25,768 nt of DNA. Source: a virus. Taxonomy: Duplodnaviria; Caudoviricetes. Below are positions 18,345-25,768 of this stretch, piece after piece (positions within the stretch are counted from its first letter, which is position 1; each line of letters begins with the position of its first letter). Where the stretch lies: the IMG/VR virus record IMGVR_UViG_3300005914_000081, positions 1 to 25,768 of that record, one strand, 5' to 3'. Made by a program: the position numbers and the translations under genes. The notes below the pieces were generated by a model. The model saw only the letters and a list, made by a program, of their open reading frames with translations, ran no database searches and was not told where the DNA came from.

Positions 18345-19185
18345 AACTCCATAATTTAGGTTTATTTGTTTTTAAATTGTATTCACCATTTCTTAGTATT
18401 CTTGCAAGTCTGCTTTGGTGGTAAGCATCATCAACTGTATATTTATTACGTTGATATTCTTCAATTACAGTTTTCCAGTTCTCATCTATAGTTTTCTTAG
18501 TATCTAGTAGTCTACTGGCTTTAACATACCCAACACCAACACAACCTTTATAGCCGTCAGTTTGGTCTCCTGTTAAAACTTGTGTACAAAAATTATAATC
18601 TGCTAATTGTTCATCAACTTTTTCAATTTGATTATCAATCATAGAACAATGAAAGGCAGGTATCGTTCTCATATCTTTATCGCCAGATATAATTATTGCT
18701 TTATTTTTGTATTCACCTGTAGCTAATATTCCTATTGTATCATCAGCTTCTAGATTTTTATAAACTTCACTTCTATAAGTTTTAGTAACCCATTCTCTTA
18801 ATGCTTTATAACAAACAGGTTTCCTAATTTTCTTTCTATTAGATTTATAATCACTATCTAGTAATTTTCTGAAGTTAATACTATCACTCCATACATTTAT
18901 ATATGAACCAGAATTTGTTAGTTTCATGTAGAAATCTAAGGCTTGTGCATATAATTGTTTAGCTATTCCAAAGTCACAGTGTAGTGTCCATTGGTCATTT
19001 CCCCAGTCAATAGGTTCTTCTAATTTAGAAGTAATCTTGTAGGCTAGTAAGTCAGCATCAACTAACATAGTTGTTTGTGTATCATCAAGGAAAGTATGTA
19101 TTGTATGTTCTTTCTTTTTTTCTTGGTGTCTTCTAGCTTTATTTGAACTGTGTAATTCAAAGTGTGCATTTGTCAACTCCGTCAT
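18295..19185 (-). CDS. 5'-3' exonuclease (T7 gp6-like)
   Basis: LVDADLL, YKSNR, LEADD, SGDKDMRTIP, GDQTDGYKG..GVG motifs; AAGGAG RBS. Confidence 0.93.
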   Translation of the reverse strand: MTELTNAHFELHSSNKARRHQEKKKEHTIHTFLDDTQTTMLVDADLLAYKITSKLEEPIDWGNDQWTLHCDFGIAKQLYAQALDFYMKLTNSGSYINVWSDSINFRKLLDSDYKSNRKKIRKPVCYKALREWVTKTYRSEVYKNLEADDTIGILATGEYKNKAIIISGDKDMRTIPAFHCSMIDNQIEKVDEQLADYNFCTQVLTGDQTDGYKGCVGVGYVKASRLLDTKKTIDENWKTVIEEYQRNKYTVDDAYHQSRLARILRNGEYNLKTNKPKLWSYEYAKYRDNGQSKKAS

Positions 19186-19487
19186 AATTTAATCTCCTTT
19201 AGTTTTAGTATGTTTGATTTTGGTATTACTGTTGAGTTACCACCCTCATGGATTGTGCCATCATCATTGAAATTAATGTCGCCAATGAAAACGTAAGTGT
19301 TTTTGTTTGATGATAACAACCAACCCATTGTTATGCACACTGCTGTCTTAGATTTTTTAAGTTGAGAAATTTGAGACCATTGACTGTCTGAAACTATGTC
19401 TGACCACCAACACATATAAAATTTATATGGAAAATCGTATTCATCAATCTCTGGTAATTTAAGTTTATTTTTTAATAAATTTTTCAT
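19182..19487 (-). CDS. Hypothetical phage protein (W.DI.SDS.W...GWL...IP motif)
   Basis: Start moved to ATG 19487, just after the upstream stop; ATGA overlap with the exonuclease. Confidence 0.7.
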   Translation of the reverse strand: MKNLLKNKLKLPEIDEYDFPYKFYMCWWSDIVSDSQWSQISQLKKSKTAVCITMGWLLSSNKNTYVFIGDINFNDDGTIHEGGNSTVIPKSNILKLKEIKL

Positions 19488-19489
19488 AG

Positions 19490-19849
19490 TTATAATTGTA
19501 AGTTGAGTAGTTCGCACTTAGGAATGATGTGACCTTTAGAAGTCCAACTGTCTCCACCTGCTTTGATGGGAAATTTCTTCATTAGTTTTTTGAGTATTCT
19601 GGTAGGTATTAAAATCCAGATGTCTTTTTTTCTACCTTCAACAACAAGGCATATTGCATAGTAGTGTGATGTAGTAACCATTATACCTGATGGCTTTCCT
19701 CTACTCTCAATCTCTAAGAATATATTACCTGTACGTGCTGTTAGTCTATCTGCCTTACATTCAATCTGACCTTCTATGGCAACTTGAAGTTCGTTCTCTT
19801 TACTCTGACCAAACTTTAGGTCAAGGTCAAAACGATTAGTGTGTTTCAC
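19490..19849 (-). CDS. Hypothetical protein, possible PD-(D/E)XK nuclease-like fold
   Basis: FDLDLKFGQ..E...IECKAD...TGNIFLE...GKPSGI; E-x-K motif; fold is inferred. Confidence 0.55.
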   Translation of the reverse strand: MKHTNRFDLDLKFGQSKENELQVAIEGQIECKADRLTARTGNIFLEIESRGKPSGIMVTTSHYYAICLVVEGRKKDIWILIPTRILKKLMKKFPIKAGGDSWTSKGHIIPKCELLNLQL

Positions 19850-21605
19850 TCCAGTTTCTTCCGACTTTCATTTCACCATCTAACTGACATTTGAAATTGA
19901 AATGGTCTTGTGTTTTCTTAAACATAGCTTGTGCTACTTCTTTGAATTTTTCTACTCTGTCTGGTTTAACAATGAACTGCATTTCATCATGGACATGTAA
20001 GACCATTGCATAGTCATTACCCCATTCGAAACCATTCTTATGTAAATCTTCATTTAAAATAATTGTTCCTTGTTTAACAAGTAACGCACCTGCACTTTGA
20101 ATTAATGTATTTAAAACTGAGTGTTCTGCTCTAGGAATTAGTAATCTGCCATCTAAACCTTTAACGTAATTCACAAGTCTGAACTTATGTTTAGCAGTGT
20201 TAGTTAAAGTTTTTAATGAAGGTAATGATGCTTCAAATCTTTGTCTTATTCTTTTGGCTTCGTCAATATCGACTTTAAGGATTTCGCTGAGTTTCTCATT
20301 TCCTGCACCGTAAATGAAAGCATAAATAAAAGTTTTAGCTTTATCACGAGTGGGTAATCCTGTGGCTTTTTGATTGATGGTATGAATATCATCTTCCAAT
20401 AGTTTCTGTGAAAAATCTCCGTTGTCATAGATATGCAAATAATGAGCCAACACACGCAACTCCAAACCAGAAAAATCAAGACCGAGCATAACCATACTGG
20501 AAGGAGAATTAAATAAGGCACGAAATTCTTTACCATATGGAGAACCACTGTTGACACACTGTGCGAGATTTGGGTGATGATGCGTACACCTGCCAGACAA
20601 TGCACCATTAGTAATGATTTTTCCATAGATTTTTCCTTTTTTGATTAATTTTAAATATGCTTGTTCCCCATCAGCTAACTGTCCTAATCTTTTAGTTATC
20701 ATAAGATATTCTGCTAGAAGGGTAGCTTCAGGATATGGAAGTGCTTTTAATATCTTCTCGTTCACTTCTGGTTTTCCTGTTGCTGTGTATGTTGTAGGTG
20801 ACCACCCTAATATTTTTTGCAACCTGTCTGCTATATGGTCTCTACTGTTTGGATTAAATATTTCAGTTTTGAATTGTTCGATTGGTGTTCCTGCTTTAAT
20901 ACCTCTCTTAATATTATCTCTTTTATAAGTTTTAAAACCTGTAGACTTTTTCCATTCAGAAAAGACTAAAGATAGTTTGTCACTAATCTCTAATCTTTTC
21001 TTAGTAAGGGTTGAATGTAGGGTCTCAGCAGACCTCTCATCAAAATCAATACCTTGTTCTTCTTGTTTTTGAATCCAATAAGCAAACTTATGTTCTAAAG
21101 TAATTGCTTCTTCAGAATAATTAGTTCTTATAATTTCAGTAAATAGTAGATGGGTAACTTCTACATCTCGTTGGCAATACTCCAACATGTCTTGATTATA
21201 TTCATCAAATGTAGAGTGTTCTTGATAATCACCTTTTCTTAAACCTAATCTATAACCCCAACTTTCAAGTGAGTGCCTACCAAAAAGTTTAGGTGGCATT
21301 TGTTTAAATTTGTAATCTAATTCAAGTCTATTAGTCCATATAAGTCTTGAACAAAGTAATGTATCAAATGCTTTACCTTTAAAGTCGTAGTTTAATACTT
21401 GCTTTAATACTCTTAAATCAAAACCAGTAATATTATGTCCTATAATAACTTCAGCTTTGTTTAACAACTCTAGTGCATCATTAATAGTATTAGGATTATA
21501 TGAATAGACCTCATTGGTCTCTATATCCTTGCAAACTATACAGTGAATTACTAAATCTTTTTTATCTAGAAAACCATTGGTCTCTAGGTCTAGTATGAGT
21601 TTCAT
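19836..21605 (-). CDS. Family A DNA polymerase with 3'-5' exonuclease (T7 gp5-like)
   Basis: ExoI DLETNG, ExoII GHNITGFD, ExoIII YCQRDV; motif A DFSGLELR, motif B RDKAKTFIYAFIYG, motif C VHDE. Confidence 0.97.
   Translation of the reverse strand: MKLILDLETNGFLDKKDLVIHCIVCKDIETNEVYSYNPNTINDALELLNKAEVIIGHNITGFDLRVLKQVLNYDFKGKAFDTLLCSRLIWTNRLELDYKFKQMPPKLFGRHSLESWGYRLGLRKGDYQEHSTFDEYNQDMLEYCQRDVEVTHLLFTEIIRTNYSEEAITLEHKFAYWIQKQEEQGIDFDERSAETLHSTLTKKRLEISDKLSLVFSEWKKSTGFKTYKRDNIKRGIKAGTPIEQFKTEIFNPNSRDHIADRLQKILGWSPTTYTATGKPEVNEKILKALPYPEATLLAEYLMITKRLGQLADGEQAYLKLIKKGKIYGKIITNGALSGRCTHHHPNLAQCVNSGSPYGKEFRALFNSPSSMVMLGLDFSGLELRVLAHYLHIYDNGDFSQKLLEDDIHTINQKATGLPTRDKAKTFIYAFIYGAGNEKLSEILKVDIDEAKRIRQRFEASLPSLKTLTNTAKHKFRLVNYVKGLDGRLLIPRAEHSVLNTLIQSAGALLVKQGTIILNEDLHKNGFEWGNDYAMVLHVHDEMQFIVKPDRVEKFKEVAQAMFKKTQDHFNFKCQLDGEMKVGRNWSETH
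20246..20626 (-). CDS. Candidate overprinted gene (+1 frame) inside the DNA polymerase, 126 aa, hydrophobic
   Basis: AAGGA 7 nt before the ATG; polymerase codons in this stretch avoid stop-generating combinations (see findings). Confidence 0.5.
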   Translation of the reverse strand: MEKSLLMVHCLAGVRIITQISHSVSTVVLHMVKNFVPYLILLPVWLCSVLIFLVWSCVCWLIICISMTTEIFHRNYWKMIFIPSIKKPQDYPLVIKLKLLFMLSFTVQEMRNSAKSLKSILTKPKE

Positions 21606-21617
21606 GTTTTACTTTCT

Positions 21618-21887
21618 TTATTGAACAAGATGAACTGTAATTTTTTCTATACTTGGCAATAAGGGTTGCACTGAGTTAAGTGCTTGGTTAATTGTTTTCC
21701 TAGCTTGTGTGTCTCCACAAACAATTACAGGAAATACATTTTCATATTTTATTGATTGATAAATAGCAGTCATTATTGTTTTAAAAGTTTCAAATGCTAT
21801 TCGTTGTTGCTTCCCTGATAATTTTAAATAGTCAGGTTTCTGTATTAGATAATTTAAAATAAATTTAGTTAGCATTGCCTCATTCAT
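21618..21887 (-). CDS. Hypothetical protein
   Basis: Fills the primase-polymerase gap; likely ATG at 21887 overlapping the primase end (ATGAATGA). Confidence 0.7.
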   Translation of the reverse strand: MNEAMLTKFILNYLIQKPDYLKLSGKQQRIAFETFKTIMTAIYQSIKYENVFPVIVCGDTQARKTINQALNSVQPLLPSIEKITVHLVQ

Positions 21888-23484
21888 CAAAGACACTTTC
21901 TAATAAACGACCTGTGTGTTCATTATAAACTAATGATGTAGCTATTCCTGTACTTCCACTAAATCTATTTTTTAAAACTCTAACATTCATAATGTTACTA
22001 TCAGTTGCATGTTGTTGGTCTCTTTCAAAACCAATCACTGCATTACTAAGCATAGCAAGACCATGACTTCCTCTAAGATGAGATAAAGAAGTTTGACTTC
22101 CTTCTTCATGTCCAAAATTTGTATCTGGTCGTTTTAAATGTGCCACAATAAACATTGCACAATTAAGTTCTAAACAAAGATTTCTTAATTGCGTCATTGT
22201 TGAATCAATTAATCTTCTTTCATTAGATGTATCTAATCCTGAAATAAGTATTGAGATATTATCTAAGATAATGATTTTACAATTTGAACCATTAACCATG
22301 TATCTCATTCTATTCATTATATCATCAAGACTTGATGCACCTTTATGGTCGTAGAAACAAACATGATTTTTTATTTTGTGATACTCAGTAAGAATTTTTT
22401 CATCAGATATTTTTGCTCTTTTATCTGGGTCATGTATTGGATTGCTTAACGCAACAGAAATTATTCCTTTGATACTTTCACTAACATTTTCTTCTAAACC
22501 AAAGTAGCCGACCTTATGTTTGTTAGAAACTAAATAGTATGTTAATTCTTTACAGACTAATGATTTACCTGTTCCTGAACCTGCACATAATAAGTTTATT
22601 TCTCCACGTCTAATTCCTCTTAACTTTTTATTTAAACCCTTCCAATGGTAAGGAATACTTTCAGCATTAGCATTATCTAATAGTAATTTTTCTGCATCAA
22701 CACCTTCAATAATACCCTGTGGTGTGTAAGACTTAGCTTCCCACATTGCATCAATAATTTTAGAGCCTTGACCTTTTTGTAATAATTCACTTGGGTCTTT
22801 AGCAGGTAGTCTAGCTATTTTAACTTTACCGATTGGTAATAAATTTGCAACTTCGATTGAAGCTGTTATTCCTGCTTCATCATTATCGAACATTAAAATA
22901 ATCTCACTAAATTTTGATAAGTATTCTAATTCTCTTTTAATAAATTTCTTAGCACTAGCTGAACCTGAAGGTATAGAACAAACTGGGTATTTATTTCCTT
23001 GTACTGCACTAACGGAAAGGCAATCAAGTTCACCTTCAGTTAAAATTATCTTAGATTTTTCTCCACCATTTCGCCATACTTGTTGACCAAATAGAGTAAT
23101 TTTATCTACATCTCCTAACCATATAAATCTTTTGTCAGCAAACCTTAATTTCTGTGCAACCTTGTTATAATTTTTGTCATAGTAATTAGCTATGTGTACT
23201 GGCTCATTTTTATAAATTCCAGTTTCATAATTAAACTTTTTACAAGTCTCACTATTAATCTTACGACTTGGTAATGCTTCTGTTATTCCTTCTATCATAT
23301 TTGTAATTTCTTTTTTAGAGGCAACTTTAGGAAGTTCGCCATTGGTTTTTTCGTAGCTGTGGCAACCAAAACAGTAGTTATGCCCCTGACTTCCGTCAGG
23401 AGATAGGTAGATAGCTAGATTATTTTGACTACCACAGTTTTCGCAAGGTGCATGTCTGATGAAAGTGCTAGAGTTCTCCTGCAT
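21880..23484 (-). CDS. DNA primase-helicase (T7 gp4-like)
   Basis: Zn finger CENC...CFGC, TOPRIM TEGELD and FDND, Walker A GSGTGKS, LRGS, VLKNRFSG. Confidence 0.97.
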   Translation of the reverse strand: MQENSSTFIRHAPCENCGSQNNLAIYLSPDGSQGHNYCFGCHSYEKTNGELPKVASKKEITNMIEGITEALPSRKINSETCKKFNYETGIYKNEPVHIANYYDKNYNKVAQKLRFADKRFIWLGDVDKITLFGQQVWRNGGEKSKIILTEGELDCLSVSAVQGNKYPVCSIPSGSASAKKFIKRELEYLSKFSEIILMFDNDEAGITASIEVANLLPIGKVKIARLPAKDPSELLQKGQGSKIIDAMWEAKSYTPQGIIEGVDAEKLLLDNANAESIPYHWKGLNKKLRGIRRGEINLLCAGSGTGKSLVCKELTYYLVSNKHKVGYFGLEENVSESIKGIISVALSNPIHDPDKRAKISDEKILTEYHKIKNHVCFYDHKGASSLDDIMNRMRYMVNGSNCKIIILDNISILISGLDTSNERRLIDSTMTQLRNLCLELNCAMFIVAHLKRPDTNFGHEEGSQTSLSHLRGSHGLAMLSNAVIGFERDQQHATDSNIMNVRVLKNRFSGSTGIATSLVYNEHTGRLLESVFDE

Positions 23485-23968
23485 CTTTCATTTCCTCTAT
23501 GTCGCCATGAGTGACTGTGCTGTCTGCGAATTTGTAACCTTTAATATCTTCGTTTAATAAATATTCTCTGACATTAAAGTTAGGACATGTTTTTCTTTCA
23601 TCTAAGTCGTAGTGTCCTACAATTCTTGCTTCAGGGTATTTAATTACTAGTTCTTCTAGAACTGTCTTTAAACTTCCCCATTGTTCTGCTGTAAAATTAT
23701 CTTCTGGTTCTCTCCAGTTATCTTCATCAGCACCACCCACTACACATACTGATGTTGATACATGATTATATTCTTTAACATGTGCTTGTAATTCATCATC
23801 ACCTCTGCCTTGTTCAACAGTGCCATCTCTTTTAATAACTTTTGCATAACCAATTTTTAACCAACCTCTAGCCCTATGCCATCTATCAATTTCTTTAGCA
23901 TCTGTGTTCTGACTTGGTCTTGTCTGAGAACAATGTATTACAATGTATTTAGTTTCTAGTCGTGCCAT
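23468..23968 (-). CDS. N-acetylmuramoyl-L-alanine amidase (T7 gp3.5 lysozyme-like)
   Basis: IVIHCS, WH..RGW..IGY, AHVK.YN, GH....KTCPNF; gp3.5 position. Confidence 0.93.
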   Translation of the reverse strand: MARLETKYIVIHCSQTRPSQNTDAKEIDRWHRARGWLKIGYAKVIKRDGTVEQGRGDDELQAHVKEYNHVSTSVCVVGGADEDNWREPEDNFTAEQWGSLKTVLEELVIKYPEARIVGHYDLDERKTCPNFNVREYLLNEDIKGYKFADSTVTHGDIEEMKDAGEL

Positions 23969-24404
23969 TTTGTTTTTCCTTTATTTCTTGTAACCAATTT
24001 TCAGGTACTTCTTTTTTAGTTGATTGAACGCAATGATATTTAAAGCCAAACATCTCACACCATCTGCCATAAGTTGTTTTAGATTTTTTACCAATTTTAG
24101 TTTTTGAATTAGAAAATATAAATCTAATATCGTATTTAGGATTTTGTTCTTTAATCAGTCTCATCTTTTTTCTATCTGCTGAATTAAACTGACCTTTAGT
24201 TTCAATAATTATATTTGAATGAGAAACAGGAAAGTCAGGTGTATAAGTTCTTTTCTGTTCAGGACTAGTGAAGTTAATTTTTATGCCTTCATAAACAAAC
24301 GTACATTTGTTTTTGTTTAAGCAGTTGTAGACAACTTCCTCTAATCCTGATTTCAGGAAAACAGATTTAGAAATCTGAACTCGTTTGAACTTCTGTATGA
24401 ACAT
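23949..24404 (-). CDS. Endonuclease I / Holliday junction resolvase (T7 gp3-like)
   Basis: SGLE, YTPDF, IETKG, DIRFIF, TYG.WC motifs; start 24404 chosen by analogy to T7 spacing and is uncertain. Confidence 0.93.
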   Translation of the reverse strand: MFIQKFKRVQISKSVFLKSGLEEVVYNCLNKNKCTFVYEGIKINFTSPEQKRTYTPDFPVSHSNIIIETKGQFNSADRKKMRLIKEQNPKYDIRFIFSNSKTKIGKKSKTTYGRWCEMFGFKYHCVQSTKKEVPENWLQEIKEKQNGTTRN

Positions 24405-24951
24405 CTGAGTTGACTTCGGCTTTATAGCCATCTTCTTTTTCAAAAGGTATATCTGATTTACCTTCCACAAGTTCTAAGATTTGAACTGCTTTTATTCTAG
24501 CTGTAATACCTGCACCAAAAGGTGCTAAGTATGGGACTAGTTCATAAGCAATTTTAAGTTTAGAACCACCCCAAATTGATTTTTCAATAGGGTGTGGGTT
24601 TTTCTGTGCATCAAGTAACTGAGGTCTTTGTGTAAAAGTTTCCTTAGTTTGTTTATTAACTCCTGATGCTTTTAGTTTAAACATGAAGAAGACTTTATCT
24701 CCTTCAATAGTGTATCGTGGGTGTGGACTTTCTTTTATCTGTTTGTCTTTATCTTTGTTTTCTGCAATCGCTATTTTTAGACTGTCTGCTTGTGCATCAT
24801 CAAATAATTTAATCATGTCAGTAGCATCTGATTTAACGATTTCCAAAGTAACCTTATATTCCCCTGCATCACTAAATTTAACGTCAGGTTTATTAAGGTG
24901 TGGATAAATTGCCGTACCTACAACACTTACGTGTGTCGTTAGTTTCTTCAT
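24367..24951 (-). CDS. ssDNA-binding protein (T7 gp2.5-like)
   Basis: YPHLNKPD, GEYKVTL, IWGGSKLKI, AVQILELVE, C-terminal DF; AAGGAG RBS. Confidence 0.92.
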   Translation of the reverse strand: MKKLTTHVSVVGTAIYPHLNKPDVKFSDAGEYKVTLEIVKSDATDMIKLFDDAQADSLKIAIAENKDKDKQIKESPHPRYTIEGDKVFFMFKLKASGVNKQTKETFTQRPQLLDAQKNPHPIEKSIWGGSKLKIAYELVPYLAPFGAGITARIKAVQILELVEGKSDIPFEKEDGYKAEVNSDVHTEVQTSSDF

Positions 24952-24977
24952 AGATTTACTCCTTTTTTGGTTAGTCT

Positions 24978-24997
24978 ATCTAATAGTGGCACTTAGT
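24978..24997 (-). promoter_or_regulatory. Candidate phage RNAP promoter for the replication genes
   Basis: Intergenic ACTAAGTGCCACTATTAGAT, 14/20 match to the 6707-6726 copy, between RNAP and SSB. Confidence 0.5.
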
Positions 24998-25017
24998 CCT
25001 TGCACCTGTGCATGTGG

Positions 25018-25768
25018 TTAAATACAGAAAAATACAGACTGTTTAACAAGGTCTAAATCCAATTTTCCCTTTGTAGGCATTTTTGGGAATTTCTTCTGGT
25101 TCTTCTCAGAAAGCATTGCATACATTTCATCAGCAAAATTCTTCAGCACATCTTTCTCATATATCTCACAAAATGCTTCTCTTAGTGCTTTTCCCATTAA
25201 ATGACTGTCACTAGCTACACAACCGAAGCTGTCATGTATCATACTGAAGTTATCTACTCCTAACTCTTTAGCTTTAACTACACATAGCTGTAAAACTGCA
25301 CCATCTAGTTGATGAATATAATTTGGGCAGATACCGAGACTGGTGGCTCGTCTAGAAATTTTATTAGTATCATGTGCTATGGAAAGTTTGACTATACTAT
25401 CACCCATTTGTGTCTTAACTCTTTTACTTTCCTTTTCATAACATAACATCTGAATAGGAAAATTATTAGGGGAAGTCCAACATACAGGTAAGTTTTCAGA
25501 TGCAACAAGTTTTGCTATATCTTTTAAGTATTGCATAATATTCTTTGCACCTACAATAATCTCATTGATACTCTCCCATAGAATAGGTGTGAGCCAGTTA
25601 GTTGCATGGAATATACCATCTTCTCTGTCTGATATTCTAAAGGTTTCTAAAGACACTCCTCGTTCATTAAATTGTTTCCTCATGTGTTCTTCAATATATT
25701 TTCTACATGAGAATTTAGTTAATGAGTAAGGCAAACACATCACTGGTTTCTTACATATCTTTCTGTCT
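25018..25768 (-). CDS. Single-subunit DNA-dependent RNA polymerase (T7 gp1-like), C-terminal part
   Basis: Frame is open to the window edge: motif B RKICKKPVMCLPY, PNYIHQLDG, motif C IHDSFG. Confidence 0.96.
   Translation of the reverse strand, partial: DRKICKKPVMCLPYSLTKFSCRKYIEEHMRKQFNERGVSLETFRISDREDGIFHATNWLTPILWESINEIIVGAKNIMQYLKDIAKLVASENLPVCWTSPNNFPIQMLCYEKESKRVKTQMGDSIVKLSIAHDTNKISRRATSLGICPNYIHQLDGAVLQLCVVKAKELGVDNFSMIHDSFGCVASDSHLMGKALREAFCEIYEKDVLKNFADEMYAMLSEKNQKKFPKMPTKGKLDLDLVKQSVFFCI

Noticed and set aside
20290-20350. Tyr at the Pol I 762-equivalent position; polymerase shorter than T7 gp5
   Set aside because: Ordinary for T7-like marine phage polymerases
23290-23330. Internal start for a gp4B-like helicase-only product (MIEGITEAL)
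   Set aside because: The Met is suitably placed after the Zn finger, but no convincing Shine-Dalgarno precedes it
3640-24907. Other plus-strand ORFs (3640-3882, 5134-5430, 15863-16216, 20641-20928, 24683-24907)
   Set aside because: Antisense to well-supported genes with no motifs; the Cys run in 15863-16216 mirrors the portal's Gln codons

Overview
A 25.8-kb AT-rich segment of a T7-like podovirus (Autographiviridae). All supported genes are on the minus strand in T7 order, read right to left: C-terminal part of single-subunit RNA polymerase, ssDNA-binding protein, endonuclease I, amidase, primase-helicase, family A DNA polymerase, exonuclease, portal, scaffold, major capsid, tail tubular A/B, internal virion proteins and a repeat-rich tail fibre. 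Low GC and compact gene content suggest a marine SAR11-type (HTVC019P-like) pelagiphage, but this is inference. Main observations: (1) a probable 126-codon gene overprinted in the +1 frame across DNA polymerase motifs A and B, with its own Shine-Dalgarno and a local codon shift that avoids stops; (2) a six-gene translationally coupled cassette (HNH, holin-like, four small basic ORFs, three missing from the ORF track) between scaffold and capsid; (3) a recurring SP6-like motif that may be the phage promoter; (4) hairpins and a CxxC micro-ORF flanking the capsid gene. All calls come from reading motifs and synteny; no searches were run.
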